Shown here: positions 1 to 9,810 of the stretch, one piece after another
Layout: each line of letters starts with the position of its first letter
Position numbering within the stretch: position 1 is the stretch's first letter
Assembly (NCBI GenBank): GCA_964446805.1
Contig: CAYUQE010000001.1
Span: 3,626 to 67,625 of the forward strand
DNA: 64,000 nucleotides
Origin: an uncultured Proteiniphilum sp.
GTDB lineage: Bacteria; Bacteroidota; Bacteroidia; Bacteroidales; Dysgonomonadaceae
Direction of reading: 5' to 3'
The notes under the pieces: generated by a model
The model's database searches: none
Told to the model about the DNA's origin: nothing
What the model saw: only the letters and a program-made list of their open reading frames with translations
Position numbers and translations under genes: made by a program

Positions 1-873
1 TGAAAATACGGACGCAATGCGCGAGTGATACTCAATCTGGAATGCCTGTATATTGCCCATTCCTCTTTCTATCTGGCTACGCACATAATGGCGCAGCTGG
101 GGTGAGGTCATTCTTTGCTGATCGGTCTTGGCAATGATGAAATCGTCAGGAACGATCCGTAGCGTGGTATCTATGGATGATCCCTTTGTGATTGTTTCTT
201 TCAGCCCTTCGAAATCCCGTACCTGGTAATTGTTGATGGTCCACTGATAGGCAGAGTCGTAACGGATGGAGTGAGCGGTGAGCCGTGAGACCAGTTGCAG
301 GCTGTCGAAATAATCTATCGAGAAATTGTATCCTGTTTTGCTCGCCATGTCAAAGTTGCCGAAGTAGACAATGGTTCCCGGACCCACCTTGAACTGAATA
401 TCGCGGTCTCCTGTTTTTTTCTTTCGCAGATCCACGAAATTCTGCTCAAACTCGATACGTGTGGCATTGGCGGGTGGGATCAGATAGCTCCCGAAGACAA
501 AGGTGAAAAGAGCGATCACCATTGCAGAGATCATGTAGGGCTTCATTAATCGTTGGAAGCTGATGCCATTGGAGAGGATGGCGGTGACCTCTGAATTGTT
601 TGCCATCTTCGATGTGAAGAAGATGACGGCCAGGAAAACAAAAAGAGGACTGAACAGGTTGGTATAGAAAGGAATGAAGTTGAGATAATAGTCAAAAATG
701 ATCGCTTTCAACGAAGCGTTGTTCGTCATGAACTTATCAATTTTCTCGTTGATGTCGAACACCACCGCGATCGAGATAATAAGGACGATCATGAAAATAT
801 AGGTACCCAGGAACTTCTTGATGATGTACCGGTCCATACGCTTCAGCTTCAGAAACTCGTTGCCTCTCTTCAT
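1..873 (-). CDS. lptG: LptF/LptG-family LPS export permease, 3' end truncated by window edge (missing from ORF track)
   Basis: Manual translation from ATG at 873, which overlaps the tgt stop (ATGA): MKRGNEFLKLKRMDRYIIKKFLGTYIFMIVLIISIAVVFDINEKIDKF...FFTSKMANNSEVTAILSNGISFQRL. Typical YjgP/YjgQ N-terminus; tgt-lptG linkage is common in Bacteroidales. Confidence 0.88.
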   Translation of the reverse strand, partial: MKRGNEFLKLKRMDRYIIKKFLGTYIFMIVLIISIAVVFDINEKIDKFMTNNASLKAIIFDYYLNFIPFYTNLFSPLFVFLAVIFFTSKMANNSEVTAILSNGISFQRLMKPYMISAMVIALFTFVFGSYLIPPANATRIEFEQNFVDLRKKKTGDRDIQFKVGPGTIVYFGNFDMASKTGYNFSIDYFDSLQLVSRLTAHSIRYDSAYQWTINNYQVRDFEGLKETITKGSSIDTTLRIVPDDFIIAKTDQQRMTSPQLRHYVRSQIERGMGNIQAFQIEYHSRIASVFS

Positions 874-2000
874 AACCTTCTTGTTACATTTTCAATCATC
901 ATCGGTTTCCACACTGAGAAATCACCGGCGATGATATGTCTTCTCGCCTCCTTCGCCAGCCATACATAAAATGCCAGATTGTGGATGGAGGCAATCTGTA
1001 ATCCCAATATTTCATTCACGTTGATCAGATGGCGCAGGTATGCTTTGCTATAAAGCCTGTCCACAAACGATTCACCCTCCTCTTCGATAGGGGAGAAATC
1101 ATCTTTCCACCGTTCGTTGCGCATGTTCATGATCCCCTGTTTCGTGAAGATCTGTCCATTGCGTCCATTGCGTGTGGGCATGATGCAATCGAACATATCC
1201 ACTCCCCGTTCAATGGCTTCCAGGATGTTTTCGGGTTTACCCACACCCATCAGGTAACGGGGTTTATCTTTTGGCAGTATCTCGTTCACCAGCTCCACCA
1301 TCTCATACATCTTCTCGGTAGGCTCACCTACAGCCAAACCCCCTATCGCGTTACCGTCCGCGCCTAGGGAGGCTACATTTTCGGCTGCGTGCCGTCGCAG
1401 ATCGGGATAGACGCAACCCTGCACGATGGGAAAGAGCGCCTGGCTGTGTCCGTAGGGGCACTCCGTCTCACGAAAGCGACTGACGCAGCGTGCGAGCCAT
1501 CTCTCGGTGAGGTCGAGCGATTTTTTCGCGTAGCCATAATCGGCATCGCCCGGTGTACATTCATCGAAAGCCATCATGATATCCGCCCCGATGATGCGTT
1601 GAATGTCCATCACCTTTTCGGGCGTGAAGAAATGTCTTGATCCATCGATATGCGATTGAAAAACAGCTCCTTCCTCGGTCAACTTCCGGTTCTCAGTGAG
1701 GGAAAAGACCTGAAAGCCCCCGCTGTCGGTGAGCATGGGTTTGTTCCAGCTGTTGAACCTGTGCAGTCCGCCGGCCTGCTGCAGGATATCCAGCCCGGGA
1801 CGCAGATAGAGGTGATAGGTGTTGCCAAGAATCATCTCTGCGCCTATATCCTCCTTCAATTCGCTAATGTGCACCGCCTTTACGCTGCCTGCGGTGCCCA
1901 CCGGCATGAACACCGGTGTCTCCACCACGCCGTGGTCGGTAGTGATTACTCCCGCTCTCGCGTTCGACTGCGCGTCAGTATGTAATAGCTTGAAATCCAA
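870..2000 (-). CDS. tgt: Queuine tRNA-ribosyltransferase
   Basis: TPVFMPVGT, NTYHLYLRPG, DSGGFQVFSL, YLMGVG and DMFDC motifs; TTG start. Confidence 0.97.
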   Translation of the reverse strand: MDFKLLHTDAQSNARAGVITTDHGVVETPVFMPVGTAGSVKAVHISELKEDIGAEMILGNTYHLYLRPGLDILQQAGGLHRFNSWNKPMLTDSGGFQVFSLTENRKLTEEGAVFQSHIDGSRHFFTPEKVMDIQRIIGADIMMAFDECTPGDADYGYAKKSLDLTERWLARCVSRFRETECPYGHSQALFPIVQGCVYPDLRRHAAENVASLGADGNAIGGLAVGEPTEKMYEMVELVNEILPKDKPRYLMGVGKPENILEAIERGVDMFDCIMPTRNGRNGQIFTKQGIMNMRNERWKDDFSPIEEEGESFVDRLYSKAYLRHLINVNEILGLQIASIHNLAFYVWLAKEARRHIIAGDFSVWKPMMIENVTRRL

Positions 2001-2028
2001 ATTCTGTCCTTCTCCTTGAGTTTAGCCG

Positions 2029-2036
2029 CAAAGATA
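2029..2036 (-). promoter_or_regulatory. Bacteroidetes sigmaA -7 element (TATCTTTG) for tgt-lptG
   Basis: Exact TAnnTTTG match about 28 nt upstream of the tgt start. Confidence 0.7.
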
Positions 2037-2145
2037 AAGTTTTTGCCGTTACAAACAGAGCTGTAACTGTATAAAAATAGTTAGGAGGAGAAGAAATTGA
2101 AACAGAATGAGTGGACGATAATTAGTTATTACACGAAGAAAATCG

Positions 2146-2153
2146 TATTTTTG
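2146..2153 (+). promoter_or_regulatory. sigmaA -7 element (TATTTTTG) for lipA-lipB
   Basis: TAnnTTTG match in the divergent intergenic region. Confidence 0.65.
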
Positions 2154-2260
2154 CACTGTTTAGACATTTTATTGTATCACCCATTCGTTATGTTAATTTT
2201 GAATATGCATCAGTGGATGCATCTGTCCGTAGCGAATTGAAACCTATATTTGTAATCATT

Positions 2261-3121
2261 ATGGAAAAAAAACCGGAGCTGATGCTAAGGAAGCCTGAAT
2301 GGCTTAAGATCTCACTGCCCCAGGGAAAGGAGTACCTGGATGTGAAAGAGGTAATTGCAAAGAAAAAACTACATACCATCTGTGTAAGTGGCAAATGTCC
2401 TAACCTGGCCGAGTGCTGGGGACGGGGTACTGCTACCTTTATGATATTGGGCGATATCTGCACCAGGGCGTGCAAGTTCTGCAACGTGAAGACGGGCACA
2501 CCGCTTGGTGTGGACTGGGATGAGCCTGACAGGCTGGCGGTGACCATCGAGAAGATGAACCTGAGGCATGTGGTGCTGACAAGTGTGGATCGTGATGACC
2601 TGGATGACGGGGGGGCCGAGTTGTGGGCCAGAACGGTGAGACGGGTGAAGGAGAAAGCGCCGCAGGTAACCATCGAGACCCTGATACCTGATTTCAACGG
2701 GCAGGAAGAGCTGATTCTCAAGGTGATTGACTCGGGACCCAATATTGTATCACATAATATGGAAACGGTACGACGTTTAACGCCCAAGGTGCGGAGCAGG
2801 GCAAAATATGAGGTCAGTCTTCAAACGTTGGAGATCATTGCCCGGAGTGGAAAGGTGAAGGCCAAATCCGGAATAATGGTAGGCATAGGTGAAACGGAGG
2901 AAGAGGTGTTCCAGACGATGGATGATCTGATCAGTGTGGGTTGCAGGGTGCTCACCATAGGACAATATCTCCAGCCTACAAGAAAGCATCTGATGGTGAA
3001 GGAGTATGTGACCGTGGAACAGTTTGAAAAATACAAGACCATTGGCCTCGAGAAAGGATTTCAGTTTGTGGAGAGTGGACCACTTGTACGTTCCTCCTAT
3101 CATGCGGAAAAGCATATCTGA
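2261..3121 (+). CDS. lipA: Lipoyl synthase
   Basis: RKPEWLK, CVSGKCPNLAEC (CX4CX5C), CTRACKFC (radical SAM) and C-terminal RSSYHA. ATG 2261 preferred over GTG 2213. Confidence 0.97.
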   Translation: MEKKPELMLRKPEWLKISLPQGKEYLDVKEVIAKKKLHTICVSGKCPNLAECWGRGTATFMILGDICTRACKFCNVKTGTPLGVDWDEPDRLAVTIEKMNLRHVVLTSVDRDDLDDGGAELWARTVRRVKEKAPQVTIETLIPDFNGQEELILKVIDSGPNIVSHNMETVRRLTPKVRSRAKYEVSLQTLEIIARSGKVKAKSGIMVGIGETEEEVFQTMDDLISVGCRVLTIGQYLQPTRKHLMVKEYVTVEQFEKYKTIGLEKGFQFVESGPLVRSSYHAEKHI

Positions 3122-3129
3122 TAAAAAGC

Positions 3130-3813
3130 ATGAGCAGGAAAGTAATCTTTGAGGAGCTGGGACGTATCCGATACAAGGAGGCATGGGATTACCAGGAGAA
3201 ATTGTTTGAATCGGTAATCAGACAGAAACTGGATAAAAGTGAGGAGAAGGACCAATATTTGCTCTTTTGTGAACATGAACATGTGTACACGATCGGGAAG
3301 AGCGGCAACAGGCAGAACCTCCTTATCGCCCGGAGTGTCTGCGAGAGCAAGCACATTGACCTCCATGAGATTGACCGCGGAGGAGATATCACCTACCACG
3401 GCCCAGGACAGTTGGTGGTCTATCCGATCATTGACCTGGAAGCATTCCAGATAGGCATTAAAAAATATATCTCGTTGCTGGAGGATGTGGTGATTGCAAC
3501 GCTCAAGGAGTACGGTATCGACGGGGAAAAAGATGAGAAAGCCATGGGGGTCTGGATTGATCCGGCCCATCCGGCGAGAGCACGAAAGATCTGTGCGATA
3601 GGTGTGCGTGCAAGCAGGTTTGTCACCATGCATGGGCTGGCACTGAACGTGAACAGTGATCTCTCCTACTTCAATTACATCAATCCGTGTGGCTTCACCG
3701 ACAGGGGAGTCACGTCGATGGCGAAAGAACTCGGTTGTGAGGTTGATGGCAGGGAGGTGTCGATCAGGATGAAACAGCACTTTCAGCATCTTTTCGGAAT
3801 GGTGTTCGGTTAG
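3130..3813 (+). CDS. lipB: Lipoyl(octanoyl) transferase
   Basis: EHEHVYTIG, RGGDITYHGPGQ, KICAIG, HGLALNV and INPCG motifs. Confidence 0.97.
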   Translation: MSRKVIFEELGRIRYKEAWDYQEKLFESVIRQKLDKSEEKDQYLLFCEHEHVYTIGKSGNRQNLLIARSVCESKHIDLHEIDRGGDITYHGPGQLVVYPIIDLEAFQIGIKKYISLLEDVVIATLKEYGIDGEKDEKAMGVWIDPAHPARARKICAIGVRASRFVTMHGLALNVNSDLSYFNYINPCGFTDRGVTSMAKELGCEVDGREVSIRMKQHFQHLFGMVFG

Positions 3814-3925
3814 TTAAGCGCGATGGTGAGTGATCAGGGATACAATATAGTGAGTCCATTGCATCTCACATCGCTTGCTTAAACATTTTTAACTGCGTTT
3901 AGAGCGAAAACCAATTTAACATTTC

Positions 3926-3933
3926 TATTTTTG
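3926..3933 (+). promoter_or_regulatory. sigmaA -7 element for moxR-bat operon
   Basis: TATTTTTG 38 nt upstream of the moxR ATG. Confidence 0.65.
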
Positions 3934-3971
3934 TACTTCAAAAAAGAATCCAAATTTAACAGTCATACAAA

Positions 3972-4967
3972 ATGAGCCAAGTAGTAGATATTAAAGAGTT
4001 AAACGAGAGGATAGAGCAGAAAAGCACTTTCGTTCAAACACTGGTCACCGGAATGAACAGAGTGATCGTCGGGCAGAAGCACCTTGTGGAATCACTACTT
4101 ATCGGACTGTTGTCCGACGGGCATATTTTGCTGGAGGGTGTGCCTGGTCTGGCAAAAACACTGGCAATCAAAACACTGGCTCAGCTGATCGATGCCGACT
4201 ACAGTCGCATTCAGTTTACGCCCGACCTGCTACCTGCCGACGTGATTGGGACAATGATCTACAGCCAGCGAAAAGAAGAGTTCCTGGTAAAACATGGCCC
4301 CATATTTGCCAACTTCATCCTGGCCGACGAGATCAACCGCGCCCCAGCCAAGGTACAGAGTGCTCTGCTCGAGGCGATGCAGGAGCGTCAGGTGACCATC
4401 GGTGAAAAGACCTATCCTCTACCCACGCCTTTTCTAGTGATGGCTACGCAAAACCCTATCGAGCAGGAAGGAACCTACCCGCTACCCGAAGCACAAGTGG
4501 ACAGGTTCATGCTCAAGGTGGTCATCTCCTATCCTACAAAAGAGGAAGAGAAACAGATCATCCATCAGAATATATTTGAACCGTTAACCATTGATCGTCC
4601 GGTCATCACCACACAGGAGATTCTGGAAGCACGCAAGGTGGTACGTGAGGTCTATATCGACGAAAAGATCCACAAATATATTGTGGACATTGTGTTTGCC
4701 ACCCGTTATCCCGATCAGTTCGGCATGGCAGGCCTCAAGGAGATGATCGGTTTCGGAGCGTCACCCCGTGCATCGATCAATCTGGCGCTGGCTGCAAGGG
4801 CTTTTGCCTTTATCAAACGTCGCGGCTACGTGGTCCCGGAAGATATCCGTGCTGTTTGTCATGATGTACTCCGTCACCGTATAGGACTCACCTATGAGGC
4901 GGAAGCCAACAACCTGACCTCGGAAGAGATCATCAGTGAGATCCTCAACAAGGTGGAGGTACCCTAA
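3972..4967 (+). CDS. moxR: MoxR-family AAA+ ATPase
   Basis: Walker A variant GVPGLAKT, RIQFTPDLLPAD, DEINRAPAKVQSALLEAMQE, ATQNPIEQEGTY. Confidence 0.95.
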   Translation: MSQVVDIKELNERIEQKSTFVQTLVTGMNRVIVGQKHLVESLLIGLLSDGHILLEGVPGLAKTLAIKTLAQLIDADYSRIQFTPDLLPADVIGTMIYSQRKEEFLVKHGPIFANFILADEINRAPAKVQSALLEAMQERQVTIGEKTYPLPTPFLVMATQNPIEQEGTYPLPEAQVDRFMLKVVISYPTKEEEKQIIHQNIFEPLTIDRPVITTQEILEARKVVREVYIDEKIHKYIVDIVFATRYPDQFGMAGLKEMIGFGASPRASINLALAARAFAFIKRRGYVVPEDIRAVCHDVLRHRIGLTYEAEANNLTSEEIISEILNKVEVP

Positions 4968-5041
4968 AACGACCATTCACACCACGACGATTCAGTTCAC
5001 ACATTTAAATTTTCCGCCCCGATAAGTGGGTTTGACACGCA

Positions 5042-5911
5042 ATGGAGACGACCGAACTATTAAAAAAAGTACGACACATCGAGATAAAGGCACGGGGACT
5101 CTCGCGAAATATTTTCGCCGGTGAGTACCACTCTGCTTTTAAAGGGCGTGGTATGGCTTTCTCGGAGGTACGGGAGTATCAGTATGGCGACGACATGCGT
5201 GATATTGACTGGAATGTCACGGCACGCTATAACCGCCCCTACGTGAAGATCTTCGAGGAGGAGCGCGAGCTGACGGTGATGCTGTTGATCGACATGTCGG
5301 AGAGTCTTGGTTTCGGTTCCAGGGCCGTTCTCAAGCGGGATATGGTGGCTGAGATTGCTGCGACGCTGGCTTTTTCGGCGATGCAGAACAACGACAAGAT
5401 AGGCGTGATCTTTTTCACCGACAAGATCGAGAAATTTATTCCTCCCAAGAAAGGAAAAAAACATATCCTCTTCATCATTCGTGAGATTCTGGGCTTCCAG
5501 CCCGTAAGCGGCGGCACGGACCTGAACATGGCACTGCGTTATATGACCAATGCGATCAAAAAACGATCTACTGCTTTTCTTATCTCCGACTTCATCGACC
5601 CGGGTAATTATCAAAAAGCACTTCAGATAGCCAACAATAAGCATGATGTGGTCGCTGTACAGGTCTATGATCAGCTGAGCACAGAGCTTGTCCCGGTAGG
5701 CCTCATGAAAGTGAATGATCCGGAAACAGGTGAGGCGCGGTGGATCAACACCTCCTCACGGAAGGTGAGAGAAGTATATCACAACTGGTGGAAAAGCCTT
5801 CAGACAAATATGAACAATGCCTTCCACCAGAGTGGCGTGGACAGCATCTCCGTCTCTACCGAGAGCGATTATGTGAAATCATTGCTGCAACTATTCCAAC
5901 AAAGAAGGTAA
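5042..5911 (+). CDS. DUF58 / VWA-like protein
   Basis: GEYHSAFKGRG, EVREYQYGDD.RDIDWNVTAR and MIDAS-like DMSES; canonical position after MoxR. Confidence 0.92.
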   Translation: METTELLKKVRHIEIKARGLSRNIFAGEYHSAFKGRGMAFSEVREYQYGDDMRDIDWNVTARYNRPYVKIFEEERELTVMLLIDMSESLGFGSRAVLKRDMVAEIAATLAFSAMQNNDKIGVIFFTDKIEKFIPPKKGKKHILFIIREILGFQPVSGGTDLNMALRYMTNAIKKRSTAFLISDFIDPGNYQKALQIANNKHDVVAVQVYDQLSTELVPVGLMKVNDPETGEARWINTSSRKVREVYHNWWKSLQTNMNNAFHQSGVDSISVSTESDYVKSLLQLFQQRR

Positions 5912-5913
5912 CA

Positions 5914-6984
5914 ATGACAATGAACAGACCACCTATCCCTTTTGCCGGCAGCGCAGCGTTGATTGCACTCTTCATCATCTCGATAGCACCGTTATCTGCG
6001 CAGCGTGCTTCGGTGCATGCTACCGTGCAGCCCACGGAGATCATGATCGGTGAGCAGGCATTGATCAACCTGAAGGTGATCACACCTAAAGATAAAACCA
6101 TTCAGTTCCCGGTCTATGAGAAAGAGATTATCCCCGGTATTGAAGTGATCGCCATGTTACCTCCCGACACTACCATAGAGAACAATGTGATGACACTCAA
6201 CTTCAAGTATGTGGTCACCTCGTTCGACTCCACGCTCTATCATGTGCCAAATATGTCAGTGTTCGACGGAACGGATACCCTCCTCTCCAACTCCTTCGGA
6301 CTCAAGGTGACCTCACCCCAGCTGTCAGACTCTACGCTGGCCTACCTGGAGAAGATCAATAAGGGAGAGACCGATTCAATTGATTTCAACCAGCTCCAGC
6401 TGAATGATATCAAGTCGGTACGTAAGCCGCCTTTCGTCTGGACCGATTATCTCTGGGTGCTCTGGATTGTGCTGGGCATCATATTACTCCTTGCCGCGAT
6501 AGGAGTGGTAATCTATCTGGTGCTGATGAAAAAGAAAAAAGGATATTTCTTCAAACCACCAGTCATATTGCCGGCACATCTACGTGCTGTCATGGAGCTC
6601 GATAAACTGAAAGAGGAGAAGATATGGCTGCAGGGAAGAGAAAAGGAATTCTATAGCAGGCTCACTGATATCCTCCGCAGATATATCCATGAAAGAGAGG
6701 GACTCAACGCCATGGAGATGACATCGGGTGAGATATTGAATGAAATCCGCAAAGTGACGGATGTGGATTCGGTGTACGACAATCTGAAACAGATTCTTTC
6801 AACTGCCGACCTGGTGAAGTTTGCCAAGTACAAACCCTATCAGGATGAAAACGACTTGAGTATGGTGAATGCTTATTTCTTTGTGAACCAGACCAAAGAG
6901 CCCGAGCCGGTGGTGGCAGAGGAGGATAAAGATATAAACGAGCACAATCAGACATTGGAAAAGGATGTCATTAAACATGATTAA
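5914..6984 (+). CDS. Conserved bat-operon membrane protein (signal peptide, Ig-like domain, one TM helix)
   Basis: Signal peptide after ATG 5914; TM WVLWIVLGIILLLAAIGVVIYLVL; C-terminal A-M-E-M-T-S and ADLVKFAK; sits between DUF58 and batA. Confidence 0.8.
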   Translation: MTMNRPPIPFAGSAALIALFIISIAPLSAQRASVHATVQPTEIMIGEQALINLKVITPKDKTIQFPVYEKEIIPGIEVIAMLPPDTTIENNVMTLNFKYVVTSFDSTLYHVPNMSVFDGTDTLLSNSFGLKVTSPQLSDSTLAYLEKINKGETDSIDFNQLQLNDIKSVRKPPFVWTDYLWVLWIVLGIILLLAAIGVVIYLVLMKKKKGYFFKPPVILPAHLRAVMELDKLKEEKIWLQGREKEFYSRLTDILRRYIHEREGLNAMEMTSGEILNEIRKVTDVDSVYDNLKQILSTADLVKFAKYKPYQDENDLSMVNAYFFVNQTKEPEPVVAEEDKDINEHNQTLEKDVIKHD

Positions 6985-6986
6985 CC

Positions 6987-7970
6987 ATGGAATTGCTACA
7001 TCCTGAATATCTCTATCTGCTGCTGCTGCTCATACCTCTGATAGTGTGGTATGTGGTGCGGCTGTCAAAAACCCAGGCTTCCTTCAAGCTCGCCTCCACC
7101 AATGCATTTAAGGGGATGAAGCCCGATATGAGGGTCTATATGCGTCATCTCCCGTTTCTGTTGCGTTTGATCTCCATCACCCTGTTGATCATCGTGATTG
7201 CCCGTCCGCAGGCATTAAGCAGCTGGGAAGAGACCGAGACGCAGGGGATCGATATCGTTATGGCGCTCGACGTCTCCGGATCGATGTTGTCACAGGATCT
7301 CCAACCCGACCGGCTGCAGGCGGCAAAGAAAGTGGCGGCAGAGTTCATTACCGATCGCATAAACGATAATATAGGGCTGGTGATCTTTGCAGGCGAGAGC
7401 TTCACGCAGTGTCCCCTCACCACCGATCATAAGGTGCTGCTGAACCTGTTGAACGAGATCAATTTCGGGATGATTGAAGATGGTACAGCCATCGGCCTCG
7501 GACTGGCCACCTCGGTGAACAGATTGAAGGAGAGTGACTCGGACTCACGCGTGGTGATTCTGCTCACTGACGGCACCAACAACAGCGGTCAGATAGCGCC
7601 ACTCACCGCCGCCGACCTGGCACGCTCCTACGGTATTCGCGTCTACACGGTGGGGGTGGGTACCAAAGGGATGGCGCCAACGCCTGTAAATACACCCTAT
7701 GGCATCAGGATGCAGAACATGCCGGTGGATATAGATGAAAAGACACTCACCGAGATTGCTGCGATGACAGGCGGTCAATATTTCCGTGCACAGGATACCG
7801 AAGGACTGCGCCAGGTGTATGATGAGATCGATGAGATGGAGAAATACCTGATCAGTGTGCAGAACGTCACCCGCCGCAGGGAGCTGTTTCTTCCCTTTGC
7901 CTTACTGGCAATGGGCCTGATCCTTTTTGAACTGATCCTGCGGAGAAGCTGGTTAAGGAACATACCCTGA
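6987..7970 (+). CDS. batA: BatA, VWA-domain aerotolerance protein
   Basis: N-terminal TM, ARPQ, MIDAS DVSGSM, GTAIGLGLA, LLTDGTNN. Confidence 0.93.
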   Translation: MELLHPEYLYLLLLLIPLIVWYVVRLSKTQASFKLASTNAFKGMKPDMRVYMRHLPFLLRLISITLLIIVIARPQALSSWEETETQGIDIVMALDVSGSMLSQDLQPDRLQAAKKVAAEFITDRINDNIGLVIFAGESFTQCPLTTDHKVLLNLLNEINFGMIEDGTAIGLGLATSVNRLKESDSDSRVVILLTDGTNNSGQIAPLTAADLARSYGIRVYTVGVGTKGMAPTPVNTPYGIRMQNMPVDIDEKTLTEIAAMTGGQYFRAQDTEGLRQVYDEIDEMEKYLISVQNVTRRRELFLPFALLAMGLILFELILRRSWLRNIP

Positions 7971-8048
7971 TATGCGCGCCTGCTGACGGGCATTACTCAG
8001 GGGGAGATAGATTGGATAAGATAATGAGTTTTAGAGACAATAGATAAG

Positions 8049-9071
8049 ATGTTTAGATTCGGAAATCCGGAATATTTATGGTTGTTTGTGGCCATGCCAT
8101 TGTTGTTGGCACTCTACATCTACCTCAATATCAGAAAGCGAAAAGATGTGCAAAAAATGGGCCGTCTTTCCACGCTCAAGATGATGATGCCCGAATTATC
8201 GCTGAAACGTTCCTACCTCAAGTTCTGGCTTATATTTGGAGCACTGGGTGCGGGCATCTTTCTGATTGCCCGGCCACAGTTCGGCACAAAGGTGGAGACG
8301 GTGGAGAAGGAGGGTATTGAGCTGGTGATCGCTATTGATGTCTCCAATTCAATGCTGGCACGTGATGTATCTCCCGACAGGCTGGCACGTGCCAAGCAGA
8401 TCCTGTCGAGATTGATCGATCTGCGCAAGAACGACAAGGTGGCATTGATCGTCTTTGCCGGTGAAGCTTACGTCCAGATGCCCCTTACCTCCGACACCCA
8501 GTCAGCTAAAATTTTCCTTAACACCATCGATCCCGAGCTGGTCCCTATTCAGGGAACAGCCATAGGGCAGGCCATCACGCTGGGGATGAGTTGTTTCTCG
8601 AGTGATGAAGAGAGCAGTAAGGCGATGGTGATTATTACCGATGGTGAAGACCATGAGGGTAACGCTGCCGTGGTAGCTGCCGAGGCAGCAAAGGCAGGTG
8701 TGATGATCAATATTGTGGGCATCGGTTCACCCGATGGCACACCGGTACCGGTAGATGCGTATAGCAATAACTTTATGACGGATAATGAGGGGAATGTGGT
8801 GGTCTCCCGCCTCAATGAACAGGGGAGCATGGAGATAGCAGAGAGCGGTGAAGGCCTTTATATCCGTGCCGACAACTCCAACACAGCCATGCGTGCGCTG
8901 GAGGCACAGCTTGATGAGCTCGAAACCGGCAAGACCACCTCACTTTCCTATTCCGAATATGATGAGAAATTTCCGTTGTTAGGCTGGTTTATACTGGCGA
9001 TCCTCTTATTGGAGATACTTATTTACGACAAGAAGAACCGTTTATTCAGAAATGTGAGGTTATTTAAATGA
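8049..9071 (+). CDS. batB: BatB, VWA-domain protein
   Basis: MFRFGNPEYLW, ARPQFG, DVSNSM, ITDGEDHEG. Confidence 0.93.
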   Translation: MFRFGNPEYLWLFVAMPLLLALYIYLNIRKRKDVQKMGRLSTLKMMMPELSLKRSYLKFWLIFGALGAGIFLIARPQFGTKVETVEKEGIELVIAIDVSNSMLARDVSPDRLARAKQILSRLIDLRKNDKVALIVFAGEAYVQMPLTSDTQSAKIFLNTIDPELVPIQGTAIGQAITLGMSCFSSDEESSKAMVIITDGEDHEGNAAVVAAEAAKAGVMINIVGIGSPDGTPVPVDAYSNNFMTDNEGNVVVSRLNEQGSMEIAESGEGLYIRADNSNTAMRALEAQLDELETGKTTSLSYSEYDEKFPLLGWFILAILLLEILIYDKKNRLFRNVRLFK

Positions 9072-9796
9072 AGAGATACCTGATAAGATATAGCTTGTGC
9101 ATGCTGATGATGGTGGTGATGCCATTATCGGTTGCCGCACAGAAAGAGGTGCGGAAGAACATCCGCAAAGGGAACAGTGTGTACGGTAAGCAGAAATATA
9201 GCGAAGCTGCCACATTCTATCAGCATGCAGTGGAAGAAAATCCCTCTTCCAAGGAGGCACACTTTAACCTTGGTAACACGTCGTACAGGCAGAAAGAGTG
9301 GGACAAATCCATGGAGCAGTACAACCACTTTATCTCACTTGAACAGGAGAACCCGCTGGAAGCAGCGGCGGGATGGCACAATATAGGCAATGCCATGCTG
9401 CAGAAGAAAGAGTTGCAGAAATCGATGGAGGCCTACAAGATGGCATTGCGACTGAACCCTCAGGACAATGAGACACGTTACAACCTGGCAACAGTGCAGA
9501 AGATGATCCAGGATCAAGAGGATCAGCAGGATCAAAGTGAGGGTGAGGGTGAGCAGGAGCAGGAACAGCAGGAACAGCAGGAACAACAACAGCCGCAGCA
9601 GCCGCAGGATCAGAATAAAGAGCAGCGTGCCGAACAACCGGATCAACCAGAACAGATGTCGCGTGACAATGCCCGTCAGCTGCTTCAGGCTATTGAGCAG
9701 GATGAACAGCAGACTCAGGAGAAAGTGCATCAGATAAAAGCACAGGAGAGAGAACAGCAGGCAGATGATAACAAGAGGAAGAATAAAAACTGGTAA
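9068..9796 (+). CDS. batC: BatC, TPR protein with Q/E-rich linker
   Basis: TPR motifs (AHFNLGN, HNIGNA, ETRYNL), low-complexity Q/E linker, C-terminal W. Confidence 0.92.
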   Translation: MKRYLIRYSLCMLMMVVMPLSVAAQKEVRKNIRKGNSVYGKQKYSEAATFYQHAVEENPSSKEAHFNLGNTSYRQKEWDKSMEQYNHFISLEQENPLEAAAGWHNIGNAMLQKKELQKSMEAYKMALRLNPQDNETRYNLATVQKMIQDQEDQQDQSEGEGEQEQEQQEQQEQQQPQQPQDQNKEQRAEQPDQPEQMSRDNARQLLQAIEQDEQQTQEKVHQIKAQEREQQADDNKRKNKNW

Positions 9797-9810
9797 GCGC
9801 TGAGCAGTAT

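Noticed and set aside
295-549. 84-aa plus-strand ORF
   Set aside because: Antisense to the lptG-family gene that occupies 1-873.
5740-5913. N-terminal extensions given by the ORF track (also at 2213, 31245, 36757, 39589, 53612, 61604, 61609)
   Set aside because: They overlap neighbouring genes, promoters or terminators, or extend beyond the family N-terminus; downstream ATGs give family-typical starts.
9508-9660. CAG/GAG-rich repeats in batC
   Set aside because: A Q/E-rich linker is a normal feature of BatC.
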